A DNA stretch of 64,000 nucleotides from Octopus vulgaris (lineage: Eukaryota): contig OX597831.1 of NCBI GenBank assembly GCA_951406725.2, positions 35,154,001 through 35,218,000 of the forward strand, given 5' to 3'. A program made the translations under genes and the position numbers. Position 1 is the first letter of the stretch. Each line of letters starts with the position of its first letter. Below, in pieces: positions 51,798 to 63,893 of this stretch. The notes beneath the pieces are model-generated. The model had not been told where the DNA came from. It did not search any database and was given only the letters and a program-made list of their open reading frames with translations.

Positions 51798-51832
<35 letters not shown>

Positions 51833-52845
51833 ACATACAGTGGGAGGGAAGAAATGTGGAACTGATAAAAATTTGTGGTTTCTTACAGAAGCAGAAATAT
51901 TCATAGGGGAAATATGACCTTGTGTGGCAACAGGAATGGCATTTGGTTGTAGAAAATCTGTTTCACTAAACATTTTCCAACCCATGCAAGCATGGAAAAG
52001 CAGACATTAAAACGATGATGATGACTCACAATTATAGGAGTGACTGTTTATATTGTTGCTATCAGTGTTGTTGTTGCTGTTTAGCTCCTGATCATTCCTG
52101 ATTGAGCAGACCTATCATCGAAGGTGTCCCATCCATGCCCATCTCATATTTTGAGGAGTATGAGCGACTACAGCATCTAATGTGTCCTTTCCTTATTTAA
52201 AACAATGCAGTATGGTTTGGTTGAATTTGGTCGCTATTTCTAGTGGGTCAATCAAGTGCGTAGTCTCCCATGTCAGTGGTGGAACTGAGGGGCAATTTCA
52301 GTCGAACCTTTATGAGCAGGATGTGGATGAACCTCCTTGCCTGCTGGAATGCTTGTGATACAGGGCAGTGCAAGATGGTGTGTGTGTGTGTGTGTGTGTG
52401 TGTGTTTAATGGATGTGTGGGTGTGTATGGATTACATGCCAAGATACATACTACAATTGATGTTTGTATGAAATGGGATTAAGAAATAATGATGACAATA
52501 GTGATGATAGTGATGATGCTGTTGATGGTAGGGATGATAACAATGATGATGGTGGTGATGATATTGACGATGATGTTTATGATGATAGCAATAACAAGTG
52601 GTGATGATAATAGAATGGTATCAGTGATGATAACAATGATAAGGGTGATGGTGATAGTGATGATAGCAGTGACACTTGATACTGTTGATGCTGATTGTGA
52701 TGATGATGATGATGATGCTAATGATGATGACCATAATGACAGTAATGATACATGATTACGACTTAGACTGTTGACACTGATAATAATAATAACCAGATGA
52801 TTTAAGCAAAGTCTTTAATTTTTTCTCCTTTTTCTTGTGTTTCAG

Positions 52846-53066
52846 GTTTGGTTGTTGGTGCCGTAATCCGTTATGCTGGCGGGCCGTCTTCTCACCGCGT
52901 TCCACCGCAAGCCAAGCTCATCAATGCAACAGCTACAGTTGAAAATATACCAAATTCTATTTATTTATTTTTGAATATATCTAACAGTAGTCACTCAGAG
53001 ACTTTACAATATAATTTTTACAGCAAAGTTAAGACTGAAACTCAGGGCGTGCCTTTAGAAAGAACA
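52846..53066 (+). CDS. Internal exon of an endosomal Na+/H+ exchanger (SLC9A6/7/9 family)
   Basis: Polypyrimidine tract plus TTTCAG acceptor ending 52845; donor ACA|GTAAGT at 53067. Translates (G)LVVGAVIRYAGG...LERT, resembling the NHE6/7/9 exon GLLVGLVLRYG...EMLRK that precedes VTFDPE, with matching phases (1 then 0) and N-glycosylation sequons in the luminal loop. The next exon (xTFDPExFF) was not found in the window. Confidence 0.85.
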
Positions 53067-53332
53067 GTAAGTATGTTTTATTATTGTCTACCTCTTGCTT
53101 GTTTCATTCATTGGACTATGGCCATGCTGGGGCACTGCCTTGGAGGTTCTTAGTCAACTGAATCGGTCCCAGTACTTACTTTTTTTTGTAAAGCCTGATA
53201 TTTATTTTATTGGTTTATTTTGCTGAGCTGCTAAGTCATCATGATGTTCACAAACCAACACTGGTTCCCAAGCACTGAGAGGGTGACACCCACAAGCAGA
53301 AAACACATACACACACACACACACATACTTAT

Positions 53333-53748
53333 CTACTCTAGGCACAAGGTGCTCGAAATTTTGGGGGAGGAGTGGGCCAGTTGATTTGATCGACCCAATT
53401 ACGCAACTGGCACTTAATTTATTGACCTTGAAAGGATGAAAGGCAAAGTCGACGTCAGCGGAATTTGAACTCAGAATGTAGCAGCAAATGAAATACTGCT
53501 GAGCATTTTGCCTGGCATGCTAATGCTTCTTATTTCTTTATTGCCCACAAGGGGCTAAACATAGAGGGGACAAATAAGGACAGACAAAGGGATTAAGATG
53601 ATTACATTGACCCCAGTGCATAACTGGTACTTAATTTATCGACCCTGAAAGGATGAAAGGCAAAGTAGACCTCGTCGCAATTTGAACTCAGAATGTAACG
53701 GCAGACAAAATACTGCTAAGCATGCTAATGTTTCTGCCAGCTTGATGC
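53333..53748 (-). mobile_element. Two SINE-B copies (nested)
   Basis: Reverse-complement family B bodies; GCATGCTAATG occurs at both junctions. Confidence 0.75.
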
Positions 53749-53865
53749 CTTACACACACACATGTATAGTCAAATTGAATAATCAAGCATGCAAAACAAC
53801 AAGAGGACATGCACCTGGAATTTTTTTAGTTAGGTGCTTGGTTAAAGGTGGGAAAAAGAGAGGGG

Positions 53866-53900
53866 TTTTGACGTTTCAAGTATAGCTCCTCATCAGAAAG
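53866..53900 (-). ncRNA. Minimal type-I hammerhead ribozyme motif
   Basis: Minus strand TTT-CTGATGA-G-GAG(CTATA)CTT-GAAA-CG-TC-AAA; palindromic ACGT stem III, GUC triplet. Confidence 0.6.
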
Positions 53901-54310
53901 GAAAACGGAAAAGTCCAGAAGAGGTAGAATATAACCAACAGTGCATGTGTGGTTACATGGTTATATGACAGTTTCTTTTAGTTTCCGTCTACCAAGTCCA
54001 TTCACAAGATATTGGCTGGCCCAGCGCAGTAGCAGAAGGCACTTGACCAAGGTTCCACACAGTGGGATTGAATCCAAGGCCACATGGTTGGGAAGCAAGC
54101 TTTTTAACCACACAGCTACACCTTTTGTTTATTTTTATTTTTACTTTATTTTATATTTGGAAAATTGGCAGAGTCATTAGAGCATTAGAGACAGTCTACC
54201 TTGCAGTATTTGCTATGATTGTCTGTGTTCGAATCCCACTAAGGTTAAATTTTCTTTTTGTCCTTTTGAGGTTGATGTATAAGTTACCTTCCAGAGGCAA
54301 CAGGTTTGTG

Positions 54311-55395
54311 CAGTGGTTCTCAAACAGGGTCCATATGACTCCTGGGGGCAGAGGTGTGTGTGTGTCCTTGTAGGACTTTTGGGGATCCACACAAACAAAA
54401 TAGTAAATTAGGGGTATACTGTAGTATTTTAAAGGTCCATTAAGAAAAGTCGCTTTCAGTGTATTTATTGCAAGAAACAGGTTGATTTCTTTCTCTAACA
54501 TTTTACATAGTTCAACCTACACAAGTTAACCCTTTCATTATTGTATTTATTTTGAGATGCTCTGTGTTTCTTTCAATTACTTTAAATATAACAAAGAATT
54601 TTAGTAAAATAACTTAGTTATCATTCAGCTAGTGTTAGATGCATAAATTGTGACTAAAGTTTGGTGGAAGAATCTAATTCAAAACTTATGAAAAGAAGAC
54701 ATTTGTACTTAGAGCCAGAGGCAGTTTCAGCTGGGTTGGTATCAAAACGGTTAAGAATTGTTTCTCTATTATATATTTTAACCCTTTCATTACTATATTT
54801 CTTTTGAGATGCTCTGTGTTTCTTTCAATTAATTTTAAATATAACAAAGAATTTAGAAAATAACTTAGTTATCATGCAGCTAGTGTTAGGAACATAAATT
54901 GTGACTAAGGTTTGGTGGAAGATTTTAATTCAAAACTTACGAAAATAAGACATTTGTACTCAGAGCCAGAGGCAGTTTCAGCTGGGCTGGTATCAAAAGG
55001 GTTAATGTAGCAAAAACAAAATAAGAATTTTGAAAGAAGCGTCTATAAAACTAATTTTCAAACATGGAGTGGAGGCACAGGGCTCAGTGGTTAAGGTGTT
55101 GGACTCATGATTGTAAGATTGTGATTTCAATTCCTGGCCCAGGCAACACATTGTGTTTTCAAGCAAAGCACTTCATTTCATGTTGCTCCAGTCCACTCAC
55201 TTGGCAAAAATAAGTAAGCCTGCAATGGACTGGTGTCCCATCCAGGTAGGGAATTTATGTCCCCTGGAAACTAGCTTTATGAGTTGGATGACTCGAGAAG
55301 GCAACTTTACAGTTAATTTACTTTTTATGGGGGCCTACCAGAAATAGAATAGTAATCAAAGAGGACAAAAGGCAATAAATGGTTGAGAACTGCTG
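54311..55395. mobile_element. hAT (Charlie-like) non-autonomous element carrying two TTAA MITEs and a SINE
   Basis: TIR CAGTGGTTCTCAA / TTGAGAACTGCTG. 8-bp TSD GGTTTGTG / GGTTAGTG. Nested MITEs at 54530-54750 and 54782-55001, SINE at ~55071-55310. Confidence 0.8.
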
Positions 55396-56312
55396 GGTTA
55401 GTGGAACTATTAGAAGACTGTTCAAGATGCCTTGTGGTCTCTGTTCTGTTTTTGTGTGTTCTCGTGGCAATATCTGTGGCAACAAATGCCCTCGAAGTTA
55501 ACTTTGCCTGTCGTCCTTATGAGGATGCTAAGCAAACACAATCCCGGGCAGGGAACTGATAAACTGTTAGAGAGTCCTGCATCTGTAATTGGGGCCTTGG
55601 TTCGTGAGTCCTGGACCTTTGAGGTGTATGAAACTACTTCTGAGACATTACTGTTTCCAGGCAGATCTGCACTGATTTGGAGTAGCAACATCTGTTAAGG
55701 CATTTTGCCTGGCAAGCTAACATTTCTGCCAGCTCGCCCCACCTTACCTGGGTAGAATATTCTTTGCTGAGTAAGTTTAACCCTGTTGGTACTAACCTGC
55801 CTGAGATCACCCCTACTTCTGTGATACAAACTTTGCTTTAAAGTGAACCAATTTTAAAATCTTCCATTGAAATCTCATTAATTCATGTTTCCAACGACCA
55901 GCATAATAATGGCCAAGCTATTTTAATAAATTCTGTATTATTTCCAAAATTAAATTAAACAAAGGCTGTGTATTTCAGCAGAAATACAGTAACAACAGAG
56001 TTAATAAGACCGAAATATAAACAATGCTTTCACCTATTCGTTTTTCTATATTTTAATCATATTGTTGGAATGATTTTCTTTCTTGTTGGTTTAATATTCT
56101 AAACACCCAGAAGGGATGCTTTTATCTACTACACACTTGGATAATCAGAGTTAATCAAAGTTTTTTTTTTTTTGTAAACTCGCTATATTAAATATGTGCC
56201 TATGTATTTAGTATGCAGAACACTGCCCTGAGTTTGTTCTCCCTTCAGCCATATTGGTGGCATTTATATTTGCTAATTTTCTTGTCTCTCTTTTCTCTTT
56301 TCTGTCTTTCTC

Positions 56313-56358
<46 letters not shown>

Positions 56359-57235
56359 CATTAATACACACATACTTGCATACGCACACACATACACATT
56401 CACACGCATCCACACACATAAGTACACATGCAGACACGCATAAATAAATGCGTACTTACATGCACATAATTATACTCATACTACAAATGTGCACACGCTA
56501 ATACACAACCATACGTAAATACATTCACACACAAATATGCACCCATAAAAATACATACATTTAACATGTACACATAGATGCATGCACATGCAAACACACA
56601 CACATATACACTCACACACACACATATACATGCCAACACACTTACACATACACAACAATACTTCTAGATTACAGATTATTGTAATTCAGATGGTCAACTT
56701 CCTGTATAAAAGGTTATCTCATATAAATTACATGGATTCATAGCATAACTTCAGTCTCTGGTTTCAATTTTCTGTAGTTCAAAGCAGGTGATTGTTGGAA
56801 GCCTTTCACCAGATACGATACTAGCCCTGTCCATTGACAAACACCTTAGAAGGCTGCTTTATTTCTTTTCAGATCCTCTTTTCATTATTGACCTCCAGCT
56901 CCTAATGAGGTTACTTATAAGGATCGTAGTAGTGGTAGTGGTGAGCAACAATGCATAAGTTTTCAGGATTTTCTTGTCATTTCTCCCCTACCAATATCGC
57001 AGCAGTAAAAGTAACGTGTTGACTTTCCCCCCTCTTAACTAAACCGTTAAAAGGACAAATGATATATTCTCCTGGATTTGATGCTAGTCAAAGAATGACA
57101 TGTTGCTTTGTCTGGAGAATAAGAATGATTTTCCAGCAGACTTTCATAAAACTGTGACCTAGTCGGCAGAATCTGTTTACCTCTTTCTTTACACACTTTG
57201 ATTACTTAACAGATTCAGTGGTATATGTAGCACTT

Positions 57236-57469
57236 TAAGGCGGCGAGCTGGCAGAAACGTTAGCATGCCGGGCAAAATGCTTAGCGGTATTTCGTCTGCC
57301 GTTACGTTGTGAGTTCAAATTCCGCCGAGGTCGACTTTGCCTTTCATCCTTTCGGGGTCGATAAATTAAGTACCAGTTATGCACTGGGGTCGATGTAATC
57401 GACTTAATACCTATGTCTGTCCTTGTTTGTCCCCTCTGTGTTTAGCCCCTTGTGGGTAATAAAGAAATA
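57236..57469 (+). mobile_element. tRNA-derived SINE family B with 16-bp TSD
   Basis: AAGGCGGCGAGCTGGCAGAA head, B box GAGTTCAAATTCC, central GCCTTTCATCCTTTCGGGGTCGATAAA block. TSD GGTATATGTAGCACTT at 57220-57235 and 57470-57485. Confidence 0.92.
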
Positions 57470-57491
57470 GGTATATGTAGCACTTGTTTAA

Positions 57492-57713
57492 CCCTTTCGT
57501 TACCGTATTTATTTTGAGATGTTCTGTATTTCATTCAATTAATTTTAAATATAACAAAGAATTTGGTAAAATAACTTTGTTATCATTAAGCTAGTGTTGG
57601 GAACATAAATTGTACCTAAGATTTGGTGGAAGATTTTAATTCAATACTTATGAAAACAAGACATTTGTACTATAGAGCCAGAGGCGGTTTTGGCCGGGTT
57701 GGTATCAAAAGGG
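57492..57713. mobile_element. piggyBac-type TTAA MITE
   Basis: TTAA|CCCTTTCG...AAAAGGG|TTAA; near-identical to the reverse complement of 6413-6633. Confidence 0.85.
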
Positions 57714-57895
57714 TTAAAGGAGGTATTATATGCTCTCTGCCATTAGAGTCTGATGAGTCGTCCATAGAGCTAAGCACTTTATAGATGCAAAACCATTGGT
57801 CACTCTATGACTGGACATATATTTATGTAAATATATTACTGCTCTACTGCTCTAGCCTTTAGTGTGTACTTCTGTTTTGGATGCATGAGCCACTG

Positions 57896-57947
<52 letters not shown>

Positions 57948-58082
57948 TACACACCAAGTATGGGGATTTAGTTGACAGGTAATCTACACTAGGTAACTTT
58001 TATGCTTCTTTTTTCTTCTCTCTCTTCATTTCCTTATTCCTTTACTCCCTTTGTCTACATTGTCATTTCACTAATATATACC

Positions 58083-58316
58083 TATTTCTTTATTACCCAC
58101 AAGGGGCTAAACATAGAGGGGACAAACAAGGACAGACATAGGTATTAAGTCGATTACATCGACCCCAGTGCGTAACTGGTACTTTAATTCATCGACCCCG
58201 AAAGGATGAAAGGCAAAGTCGACCTTGGCGGAATTTGAACTCAGAACGTAACGGCAGACGAAATACTGCAAAGCATTTCGCCCGGTGTGCTAACATTTCT
58301 GCCAGCTCGCCGCCTT
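58083..58316 (-). mobile_element. SINE family B
   Basis: Near-identical reverse complement of 57236-57469, flanked by ATATATACC repeats. Confidence 0.9.
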
Positions 58317-58345
58317 TATATATACCCTTCTCATTTTCCCTATTT

Positions 58346-58404
58346 TCCCCTGATGATGGAATATCCCACACTCGGGGATATTCCATAAGAAACAGCTGTA
58401 AGAC
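58346..58404 (+). ncRNA. Decayed hammerhead ribozyme motif
   Basis: CTGATGA, an 11-bp stem TGGAATATCCC/GGGATATTCCA, then TAA-GAAA-CAGCTG-TA-AGAC. The 5' strand of stem I is mismatched. Confidence 0.55.
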
Positions 58405-59142
58405 TTTGAATTTTTTCCAATAATAAATAGGACTTGAGATGTTTGCCTTGCCTTAACGTTTGTTGTCGTCTTTAACAATTATCGTCATCATCATCATTTA
58501 ACCTCTGCTCTCCATGCCTGCATGGGTTCGATGGTTTGACCGAGGATTGGCAAACCAGAAGGCTGCACCAGGTTCCAATCTGATCTGGCAGAGTTTCTAC
58601 AGCTGGAAGCCCTTCTTAATGCCAACCACTCTGAGAGTGTAGTGTGTGCTTTTTACATTCCACAGGCACGAGGGCCAATCAGGTGGCACTGGCAATGACC
58701 ATGCTGAAATGGTACTTTTTGTGTGCCATTTGCACAGGAGCCATTCAGGTGGCACTGGCAATGATCACACTCAAATGGTGCTTTTCATACATCTTTGTTG
58801 ATTCACTGCAAGCAATGAATAACTGCACTCAATACAAATGTAGAGTATTCCTTAATACATTATAAATGAAAGGCTCCGATTTCCAGTCCTCCAAGTTGCT
58901 CATTTCCAATCTTCAGCTGGTAAACCAAGCCTGGTTTTCTTTTGAATATTCACTATCTGAATACTTCTTAAAATATGAAATAAAAATTTGAAAGAAACAC
59001 TTATTGTTGTATTCTTTCATTTTAGAAACCTTTGTAAGATACATGTGCAAAAACGGCTGCTTCCAGCACACACTTTTGACTTCATTTCAGATTCTCATGG
59101 TAATCTCCTAATATAATAATGAGTGTAGTGTTTTTATATATT

Positions 59143-59177
<35 letters not shown>

Positions 59178-60622
59178 TTGTCCAAAATCACAGAGTAGGA
59201 GAAAGAGTAGTATAAGTGAAGGGAGAGGAAAGAAAATAGTAATTCAGTGAAGGAGAAGTAGTGAGAGTAATAGTCCTGACTGAGAGAGAGTGAGAGAAAG
59301 TAATAGCAATGGAGAAAGGAAGGGGTGATAGATGAATAAGGAAGGAAGGGGTGAAAAAAAACATCAGCGTTTCAACTTTGTGAATGTTTGTATGTGTGAT
59401 TATTATGTACCTTATTTTGCACCTTATTTATATATAAAATACTACAATTAGCCGTCATTTTTGACAGCACAGGGTCAGCTAATATTATTATAAAAGCATC
59501 ATAAACCCCATGGATCCAAAGTCATGAAATTGTTAGTATTTAAGCAATGTTCCAAAATAATACTTTTAATTTACACATTTAATGCACATATATATATGTC
59601 TAATTACATGCATGTCTATACACACACACACACATGGTGGGCCTCCACACAGCTTCTATCTACCAAATTCTCTCACAAGGTATTGCTCAGTCTAGACCTG
59701 AAATCACGTGTTTGTGAAGCCAACTTCTTACCTACATAACCAAGTCCACACCTACCATTTATATATTACATAAATATGAACTACATAGCTTTATGTATAT
59801 ACATTTACAAACTAAATAATAGTGAGTTGTACCAATGTGCTTAATTTATGACTCAGTGAGAATAGCTAGGATTTCAAGATGCACATTCTCTACTTAGAGC
59901 ACAATCTGTTTCCATAATCATTCTCTGTTTATTCTCACAATTATTTTAACACTAGTAATATACATCGTAATCGTATTGATAAGCAATAAATTTCTTATAA
60001 TTACTGAAAGCCAAAAGATACCAAAACAATTACAACTATTATTCACAGAGTCTATTATATATACATCAAGGTGGATACACAAATTTGTATTTTATACATG
60101 CCCCCTTCTCTCTCTTTCTTTCTCTCACTCTCCTCCTCTTTATTACTGTTTTATACACTGGTCTGAAATGCTTAGCAGTATTTCGCCTGTCACTATGTTC
60201 CAAGTTCAAATTCTGCTGAGGCCGACTTTGTCTTTCATCCTTTCGGGGTTGATAAATTAAGTACCAGTTGCACACTGAGGTTGACCTAATCTACCCCAGC
60301 TCCCCCAAAATTTCGGGCCTTGTGCCTAGAGTAGAAAAGAATATTTATAGTTTTATTTCCTGAAATATAAAACTAGTTTTAAGTGATGCTTATGATATTA
60401 GATTTCAGTGATCCACATAACACTAGGTTAAAGTGACAAGTCTGTCTGTCACTTTAACATTCTTATTTTCATATGACCAAATCTAATTACCTTAAGTAAC
60501 TGATATCTTGGCAAGTAAAAGTAATAAACTTGTGTATCACTGCATGCATCTATATAAATGTGAACACGTGCATGTGTGTGCATGTCTGTAAACTAATATA
60601 ATGTAATGCAGTGTATGTATGT

Positions 60623-61110
60623 ATCATCATCATCATCATCGTTTAACGTCCGTTCTCCATGCTAGCATGGGTTGGACAGTTCGACCGGGGATCTGGGAAG
60701 CAAGAAGGCTGCACCAGGCTCCGGTCTTATCTGGCAACGTTTCTACAGCTGAATGCCCTTCCTAACGCCAACCACTCCGTGAGTGTAGTGGGTGCTTTTT
60801 ACGTGCCACCTGCACTGGTGCCAGGCGAGGCTGGCATCGGCCACGGTCGGATTGGTACATTTTATGGAAGCCAGTTGAGGCGGCACTGGCTTCGGCTACG
60901 ATTCGGATGGTGCTTTTTATGTGCCACCGACACGGAAGCCAGTCGAGGCGGCGCTGGCATCGGCCACAATTCGGATGGTGCATTTTATGGAAGCCAGTCG
61001 AGGCAGCACTGGCTTCGGCTACGATTCGGATGGTGCTTTTTATGTGCCACCGACACGGAAGCCAGTCGAGGCGGCCCTGGCATCTGCCGGATGCTAGTCA
61101 TAGGATTGGT
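60623..61110 (-). mobile_element. Family D retroposon
   Basis: Close reverse complement of 45606-46037 with a different internal repeat number. Confidence 0.85.
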
Positions 61111-61779
61111 ATGTATAAAACACACATGTCTGTGTTTGTGAATGTCTGTGCACATATTTTTCTTTTTTTAATTATTTCAGTTCTTTCTATAAAGGAGGTG
61201 GTTTTAGCAATGAAACAAAGCTTCATCATTAGAATTTGGATAATAACAGTAATTAGAATTTCATGTTGAACTGAACAAAAATCTTGTATATTTTACTATT
61301 CCACTTAACAGGTTTGTATAGTGTGTTAGCTGGTCTCTTTCTTTGCCTGAAAATCCTAGCTTTTCTAGATTAAGCATTTACCAAAATTATTGGTATAAAT
61401 GTAAATTCATAATCTGGAAGAAGCAGGCTAACAGGTTGTAGGCTTCAACACAGTTGTTTATAAATATGTTCTTTGTCACAAATGTTGAAAGAAAAGTTTA
61501 CATCTGCCAGGCAGCTAACCTCTATGACTTTACCTAATTTTTCTTTTCTGTCTCAAAGAACTATATCAGGCATATTATGGTGGCATTTAGCACAAGTTTT
61601 GATTGGGGAATGTTCCACTAGTTTTGTTTGTGTTTAGAAACGATGGGGTATTTATCCCTGGACAGTCTTTCTTGAGGATACTATATAGCACTAAAAGATT
61701 CTTCTTTTCTTCTTTTGAGATTGGTCCTGCCATTGCCACTGTTTCTGAGGGAGCCTCTAGTTGATGTCAAACTCCTGCA

Positions 61780-62530
61780 GATTTTAATATTCATGTAGAA
61801 TATCCCTACAGATCAGTCAGATATCCCAAATGTTGGTGTATTTGCATTGGAATACATTATGAGATTATTGTCGTGTAAAGTGGAAATATCAGATTACCAT
61901 ATTTTTTAAAAATATGGTAAAATATTGTTTGACACTCCACCACCTCTGTTTTTGTCCATAATGCTTTTGTATGATATGTTTCCAATATCTAGGTATTTGT
62001 AGCACTCATGGTGCAGAATAGGGAAGATAGAGAGATCATTCTTGTAAAGATTTGGGAAGCAGTTTTTTCAACACTCAACTATGAAATACGATCATATCTT
62101 TTGGCCAAATATCATCCTTATATCAACAGAAAGTGTTTGGCACATCCCCACAGTTCTTTCTTTCTGCTTTGCAGCTTATCAGTCATTATATTCTTGGACT
62201 AACAATTGTCTTAGAGGAAATGGTTGAGTCAGTTTGTGTAATGTATCAAGTCTGTGTTTAATGTTTTGGCAAGCAGCAAGCCTCTAGTTTTCTGCCAAGT
62301 CAATGTTTTCATTCTTGGCTATAAGATTTGTCCTTGATTTGGCAAATCAATGTCACATGTCAATCTGACCTCCCATAGTTCTTTTAAAATTTACATATTA
62401 GTGACTTTCTGTTGAACCTCGATCTCTTCTACCTGTATCAGTCATGTCCCTTCTTGGTGCTTTTACAGAACTTTAGTGAAAGTCTCAGCATCATTTACAT
62501 AAGTTTTATTCTTGATGTTGGGGAAATATT
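61780..62530 (-). mobile_element. Highly decayed LINE (CR1/Jockey group) remnant
   Basis: IKLM*MML/KTYVNDAETF-like remnant of the YADD region near 62480-62510 and purine-rich coding-like composition; many stops. Confidence 0.35.
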
Positions 62531-62839
62531 CTTTCTTGTTTGCGCCTCTCCATGATGTGTTCTTAATAAAATTTTACCAACACAACTGTGCGTAAAGAAG
62601 CTCACTTTGCAACCATGTGGTTTCAGGTTCAAACTCAATGCACAGCACCTTGGGCAACTGTCTTTTACTATAATAGCCCAGGCTAACCAATGCCTTGTGA
62701 GTGAATTTGGCTGAGAGAAACTGTGGCAGCCCATAGTATCTATGTTTATGTGTGTCTGTGTCTTTGTCTCCATCCACCACCACTGCTTGACAGACGGTGC
62801 TGGTTTGTTTACGTCCCTGTAATTTAACAGTTCAGTAAA

Positions 62840-63734
62840 TGCCAGAAAACCTTCTCAATGGTCTGTATCAAGAAAGCACAGGTATCCACATATTGCTTGA
62901 CGGTGAATGGAACTGGGATAGAGTAGAAGGACAGTTTCGTATATCTGGGAAGTTGGATAACATCAGATGGAAGGTCAGATAAGGACATCAAATGCAGAAT
63001 TGGATTAGCAAAGAAGACTTTTATGGATATGAGGAGCATTTTTTGTGCAAAGAGAATTGGAATGGAAGTCAAGAAAAGACTATTGAAGTGCTACATCTGG
63101 TTGGTGCTAATGTATGGATGTGAGTCTTGAACGATAAGCAAAGTCATGAAGAAGAGACTCAAAGCTGCAGAAATGTGGTTTTACAGAAAAATGCTTAGAA
63201 TCTTTTGGGTACAGAGGGTGACGAATGTGGAAGTGTTGAAGAAGATGAAAATGAAGAGACAGTTGGTGGATACTATCAGAGAGAGACAGTGGAGATTTGT
63301 TGGTCATTTTCTCAGAGAAGATGACAGAATGGAGCATTACATGGTGGAGACTGAGCTGAGGTAATTTCTACTCTTCTCCTCTGGAAGCCATCTACTCGCA
63401 ATACCAGAGGGCGCACACTCTCCTACCCTGATGTAATCTCCAGGGATACAGGCATCCAGCAACAGGACCTCCGTAATGCCATGATGGACCGTGAAGTCTG
63501 GCGTAGCATGGTAAATTCCATTGTCTCGACCACGGTCGAACAATGATGATGATGATGATGGAAGGAGAGCGAGAAGAAGGCAGAGAATGAAGATGTTCAA
63601 CTGGATGAAGAAGAGAATGAGTGTGCAGACCGAGAAAGACCTGGGTGATGTTGCGAGAGACAGAAATAAATGGAGGAGGAACAAGCCATGATTCGTCAAA
63701 GGCATGAATATGCCAGGACACGAGGGGGGAGGGG
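62840..63734 (+). mobile_element. Degenerate RTE/BovB-like LINE 3' portion, interrupted by an RTE-X fragment
   Basis: FVYLGSWITSDGRSDKDIKCRIGLAKKTF...LMYGCES*T...AAEMWFYRKMLRI...FVGHFLRE..., resuming after 63560 as GRRARRRQRMK...DRNKW. AGTAAA on both flanks, inside a SINE. Confidence 0.88.
63358..63560 (+). mobile_element. 3' fragment of the same RTE-X family as 30093-31472
   Basis: Near-identical to the reverse complement of ~30093-30285 (VISTLLLWKPSTRNTRGRTLSYPD...STTVEQ*), followed by a (TGA)n tail. Confidence 0.92.
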
Positions 63735-63893
63735 AGTAAAAGAATCCAATAAAATAAGTACCAAACTTTTTAAAAAAAGCATAATCACAGTCCAATAACT
63801 GAAACTAGTATAAAACAGGAAGATTTTCTTTCCAAATCTTTAACTGAAAGGAGCTCTTTTTCTATAAATATTGTTTTTCTTCATCCTCTAGCA

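Noticed and set aside
52489-52755. Met/Ile/Val-rich hydrophobic ORF just upstream of the NHE exon
   Set aside because: Degenerate (GAT/GGT)n microsatellite.
55422-55698. Bidirectional ~89-aa ORFs after the NHE exon
   Set aside because: No NHE similarity (no TFDPE/LLPPIIF), no clear splice sites, and it contains SINE-B-like pieces.
56850-56915. Possible NHE exon 3 after TTTCTTTTCAG
   Set aside because: The translation does not match the expected xTFDPExFFNxLLPPIIF and there is no good donor.
57745-57780. CTGATGAG hammerhead-like box
   Set aside because: No downstream GAAA box or closing stems.
60427-60458. 12-bp-arm hairpin (a similar one at ~7992-8020)
   Set aside because: Too short to distinguish from chance or local template switching; no supporting context.
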